A model generated the notes under the pieces. It did not search any database. It saw only the letters and a program-made list of their open reading frames with translations, and had not been told where the DNA came from. From contig CAXXUK010000001.1 in assembly GCA_963665125.2 (NCBI GenBank), forward strand, positions 3,264,001 through 3,328,000: a DNA stretch of 64,000 bases. The letters run 5' to 3'. This DNA is from an uncultured Desulfarculus sp. Its GTDB lineage: Bacteria; Desulfobacterota; Desulfarculia; Desulfarculales; Desulfarculaceae. A program made the position numbers and the translations under genes. Of this stretch, positions 61,278 through 64,000 are shown in pieces (positions within the stretch are counted from its first letter, which is position 1; the number at the start of each line of letters is the position of its first letter).

Positions 61278-61508
61278 ATGGCTAATCGATTTCATGAAAA
61301 TATGGCGATATCGGCAAAGTTGCGAAACTGGAGATCCAGAGGTTTTACGGACCTGGACATTGCGAAGAAGTTAAAATTGTCCCAACGTCAAGCTTTTATG
61401 CTTGAAAATAGGTCATACGATTTGCCATCATCAGAAAGGTGGATTTTATTGGATGCTACGGATAATGATGAAGTAGCAAGTGGCTCATTGTGTTATTATA
61501 ACAGTTAA
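61278..61508 (+). CDS. Small HTH-like hypothetical protein
   Basis: AAGGAG RBS; GFTDLDIAKKLKLS. Confidence 0.55.
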   Translation: MANRFHENMAISAKLRNWRSRGFTDLDIAKKLKLSQRQAFMLENRSYDLPSSERWILLDATDNDEVASGSLCYYNS

Positions 61509-61637
61509 AAATCATTTCGGTTGGCGAATACGGTATGATAATAATGCTTATATATGATAAAAGACACAGTTATGCCGTAGTAGGAGAAATTATTTCCTGG
61601 CAAACTGTTTAATAAATTTGATTAGAGGCTAAAACAA

Positions 61638-63200
61638 TTACACCTCAAGGTTTTCGATTTCTTTAATAAATATTTCTTTAACAATCTTTTTATGAGCTGT
61701 TTTTGGGCCTTGGCTTTGCTCCTGAAGCACTTTTCCCATCCTTCGAGATGTGTTACTATCTGGGCAACCAGCTGCAACATTAAAAACTTCAGCTAGCTCC
61801 CGAAAGGGTGATTTAAGCTCAATTAACACATTTTTTACATCAATCAATCTGTTCGAAGTGTACAATCGTACCATCTGACGTTTTTGAGCATCATTTCCCT
61901 GAATAAACCCAGAGTAAAGGTGTTTTGAGAGTTCGAGTTTTTTTAGCATCCTTCTAAATGATACTCTTTGATATTCCTCATGTTTTTGTATTTTATCTTC
62001 CAAATATTTAATTTCAGAAAGACAAGTCTTCTTTCTGTGAAGAAAAGACTCTCTATCTAAATCACCATCAACATATTTATCGGTCATACTGTCTAACCTG
62101 GCAGTTAGAGCATTTTTTTGTAATTCGAGACGTTTAATTTGACTAGCATTTTTATAATCATTGTCTTCTCGTAATTCCTCTAGAACCTCGTCTATAATCG
62201 CAATTTCTGATTTATCAAACTTTAAACCTGAAAAAGTGTCTCTTACTGCATCGTTAATTATATCTTCTCTGACGCAAGTCCCTTTGCACTCCTGGCTATG
62301 ACAACGGTAATAGATATACCCTTTTTGTTTTTCTCCGGTTGTTGAATAACTACATTTTTTGCATTTAAAAAGACGACGATATAGAAATTGATGCCTACTT
62401 GGCCCTTTCTTGGTCTTACCTTTTAAAACAGTTTGCACCTTATCAAACAAATATTTTGAAACAATAGGTTCATGCTTCCCAATAAATGTCTCTTGGGTTT
62501 TCTTTATATGAATAATCCCCATATAGAAAGGATTGTTAAGGATTCGAGAAAGGGCATTGATCGATATTTTGCCTCCGCTCTTTTGGCGCAAGCCTTTTTC
62601 TGTTAAATAGTCTTTAAGGAGGCTTAGACTGTATTCACCTTGCGCGTACAGTTCAAAAGCTTCTTTGATTAAAGGAGCAACCTGAGTATCTTGAGTTTTA
62701 ACTTGACCAGAACCGTTATTGATATAACCAAGAGGAGCATTAAAAGGGTAGATGCCTTGTTTCAAGCGGCCATACATACCTTTAATTGTTTCTTCGCGAA
62801 GGTTCCGAATATAGTCAGCAGCAATAACGGCTTGAATGTCAGCTGATAATCTTCCGCCTCTCGCTCTCAAATCAATGCTCTCATGAGCAAAATGAACATC
62901 AATGCCATAATCGATCAAGTCACCTAATGAAGACCAGTCCTTAAGGTTCCTGGCACTCCTGTCGATTTTATGAATAATGACTCCATCAGCTTTCTGACTC
63001 CTAAGCGAATTAAGCATTTTTGAAAAAACAGGTCGGCCTTGTTTGGCCGCTGTTTCTCTTTCTTCAAACCATTGTATGATTTCCAATTGGTTATTTTTAG
63101 CGTATCTCTCAATTGCACTCTTTTGTTCTTGAAGGGAAACGCCTAATTGGCCTTGCCGAATGGTCGAAACACGGATATAGCCATATACTTTTTCTTTCAT
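61638..63200 (-). CDS. Large serine recombinase 2
   Basis: YIRVST, DRSARN, APLGY, NPFYMG, HEPIVS, CxxC...C zinc ribbon and coiled coil. Confidence 0.95.
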   Translation of the reverse strand: MKEKVYGYIRVSTIRQGQLGVSLQEQKSAIERYAKNNQLEIIQWFEERETAAKQGRPVFSKMLNSLRSQKADGVIIHKIDRSARNLKDWSSLGDLIDYGIDVHFAHESIDLRARGGRLSADIQAVIAADYIRNLREETIKGMYGRLKQGIYPFNAPLGYINNGSGQVKTQDTQVAPLIKEAFELYAQGEYSLSLLKDYLTEKGLRQKSGGKISINALSRILNNPFYMGIIHIKKTQETFIGKHEPIVSKYLFDKVQTVLKGKTKKGPSRHQFLYRRLFKCKKCSYSTTGEKQKGYIYYRCHSQECKGTCVREDIINDAVRDTFSGLKFDKSEIAIIDEVLEELREDNDYKNASQIKRLELQKNALTARLDSMTDKYVDGDLDRESFLHRKKTCLSEIKYLEDKIQKHEEYQRVSFRRMLKKLELSKHLYSGFIQGNDAQKRQMVRLYTSNRLIDVKNVLIELKSPFRELAEVFNVAAGCPDSNTSRRMGKVLQEQSQGPKTAHKKIVKEIFIKEIENLEV

Positions 63201-63235
63201 AATAATAAGTGAAGACTTACCCTATTTTAAGTGAC

Positions 63236-63430
63236 TTATACTTCGCTGTCAAAACCAGAACGTTTCTTTTCCCGATCCCGTTCTTCCTTTTCGAGACGAT
63301 AATATATATCCATACAGATGCGTAAATGTTGCCTGAATCGCTCTTCAGCTTCTACTAGCTCATCGCCTTTAAGGTGAGGGCATCTTTTTCGTATGAATGG
63401 AATTGGTTTATAAGTACGTTTTCTTTTCAT
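63236..63430 (-). CDS. Small basic hypothetical protein upstream of recombinase 2
   Basis: 64 aa, co-oriented, 35 bp from the recombinase. Confidence 0.5.
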   Translation of the reverse strand: MKRKRTYKPIPFIRKRCPHLKGDELVEAEERFRQHLRICMDIYYRLEKEERDREKKRSGFDSEV

Positions 63431-63537
63431 GAATCAACATTAACGAATATGGACTGCACCAAATAGAATGGTGAAAAGCAAGTTATCAACAATTTCCCTT
63501 TCTCCCGAAAGAATACCGCTACTGATAATCTAGGTAC

Positions 63538-64000
63538 ATGAGCAATTCAAAAAATAATAAAAGCAGCAATTTGAACCATAATGAAATAATTACTTCGAAA
63601 GTGAATCCTGACGGATGTCTTTTTGAAATGCTTTATGATCACCTTAGTAAAAAAACAAGCTTATTGCGGTGGGAAGATGAAAAAATAGAAATCAGATCAA
63701 GTTTTATTAGTAAAGAAGGTAATAGGCTTCATCCCTATTCACCCTACAACCCGCTAATTCATAAAAAGTTGATTCTTTTTTCTCAAAACCCTAAAGAATA
63801 TGTATCAAAGTCTGATTTGCTAAACTGCATCCGAAGCTTTATTCATCGCTATGTTGATTTAACAGATACCTTCGAGTTAATAGCTTCTTACTATGTCCTA
63901 CTATCTTGGCTATTTGATAAATTCAACGAAATACCATATCTCAGGGTAAGAGGAGATTACGGTTCAGGTAAGACAAGGTTTCTACAAACTGTAGGCAGTC
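63538..64000 (+). CDS. P-loop NTPase, partial; possible replication protein of the element
   Basis: Not in the ORF track. Open from ATG 63538 to the window edge: ...FIHRYVDL..SWLFDKF..PYLRVRGDYGSGKTRFL (Walker A). Confidence 0.75.
   Translation, partial: MSNSKNNKSSNLNHNEIITSKVNPDGCLFEMLYDHLSKKTSLLRWEDEKIEIRSSFISKEGNRLHPYSPYNPLIHKKLILFSQNPKEYVSKSDLLNCIRSFIHRYVDLTDTFELIASYYVLLSWLFDKFNEIPYLRVRGDYGSGKTRFLQTVGS

Larger units (their letters stand above)
51500..64000. mobile_element. Serine-recombinase element integrated in comM (extends beyond the window)
   Basis: comM truncation with an adjacent convergent large serine recombinase and lower-GC cargo. The other end is not in the window. Confidence 0.85.

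Noticed and set aside
1..64000. CRISPR array, rRNA, integron attC array or prophage structural genes
   Set aside because: No regularly spaced repeats or recognisable genes of these types were seen.

Overview
Almost the whole window is accessory DNA from a GC-rich bacterium; only tRNA-Phe and the comM 5' part (about 50.2-51.5 kb) look like core chromosome. (1) A ~47-kb integrative element (about 3351-50246) sits at tRNA-Phe(GAA). Its backbone is a tyrosine integrase, an AlpA-type excisionase, a ParB-methylase fusion and a probable rolling-circle Rep. An 11-bp core and tandem AAAAGTTCAGA arm-like repeats occur at both ends. Its cargo is mostly anti-phage: a Ppl-like PHP-ATPase; a four-gene DISARM-related operon (DUF1998 helicase-nuclease, SNF2 helicase, type IIG-like N6-methylase, SMC/ABC-3C-like ATPase); an Hhe-like DUF4011 helicase; a complete type II CBASS; and a Phd-ParE toxin-antitoxin pair. 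It holds one IS5 and two IS3 insertions, and an IS481 lies just outside its left core. (2) A second element interrupts comM at about 51500 and runs off the right edge. It has two large serine recombinases, a VirD4/HerA-like ATPase with a C-terminal nuclease-like domain, and a CsgG/HfaB-like secretion module. The best novelty candidates are the DISARM-like operon coupled to an SMC-like ATPase, a diverged ~200-bp non-coding element upstream of both defence blocks, several long hairpins around the replicon, and two small-ORF/convergent-sRNA units. All family assignments come from motif reading, not database searches.
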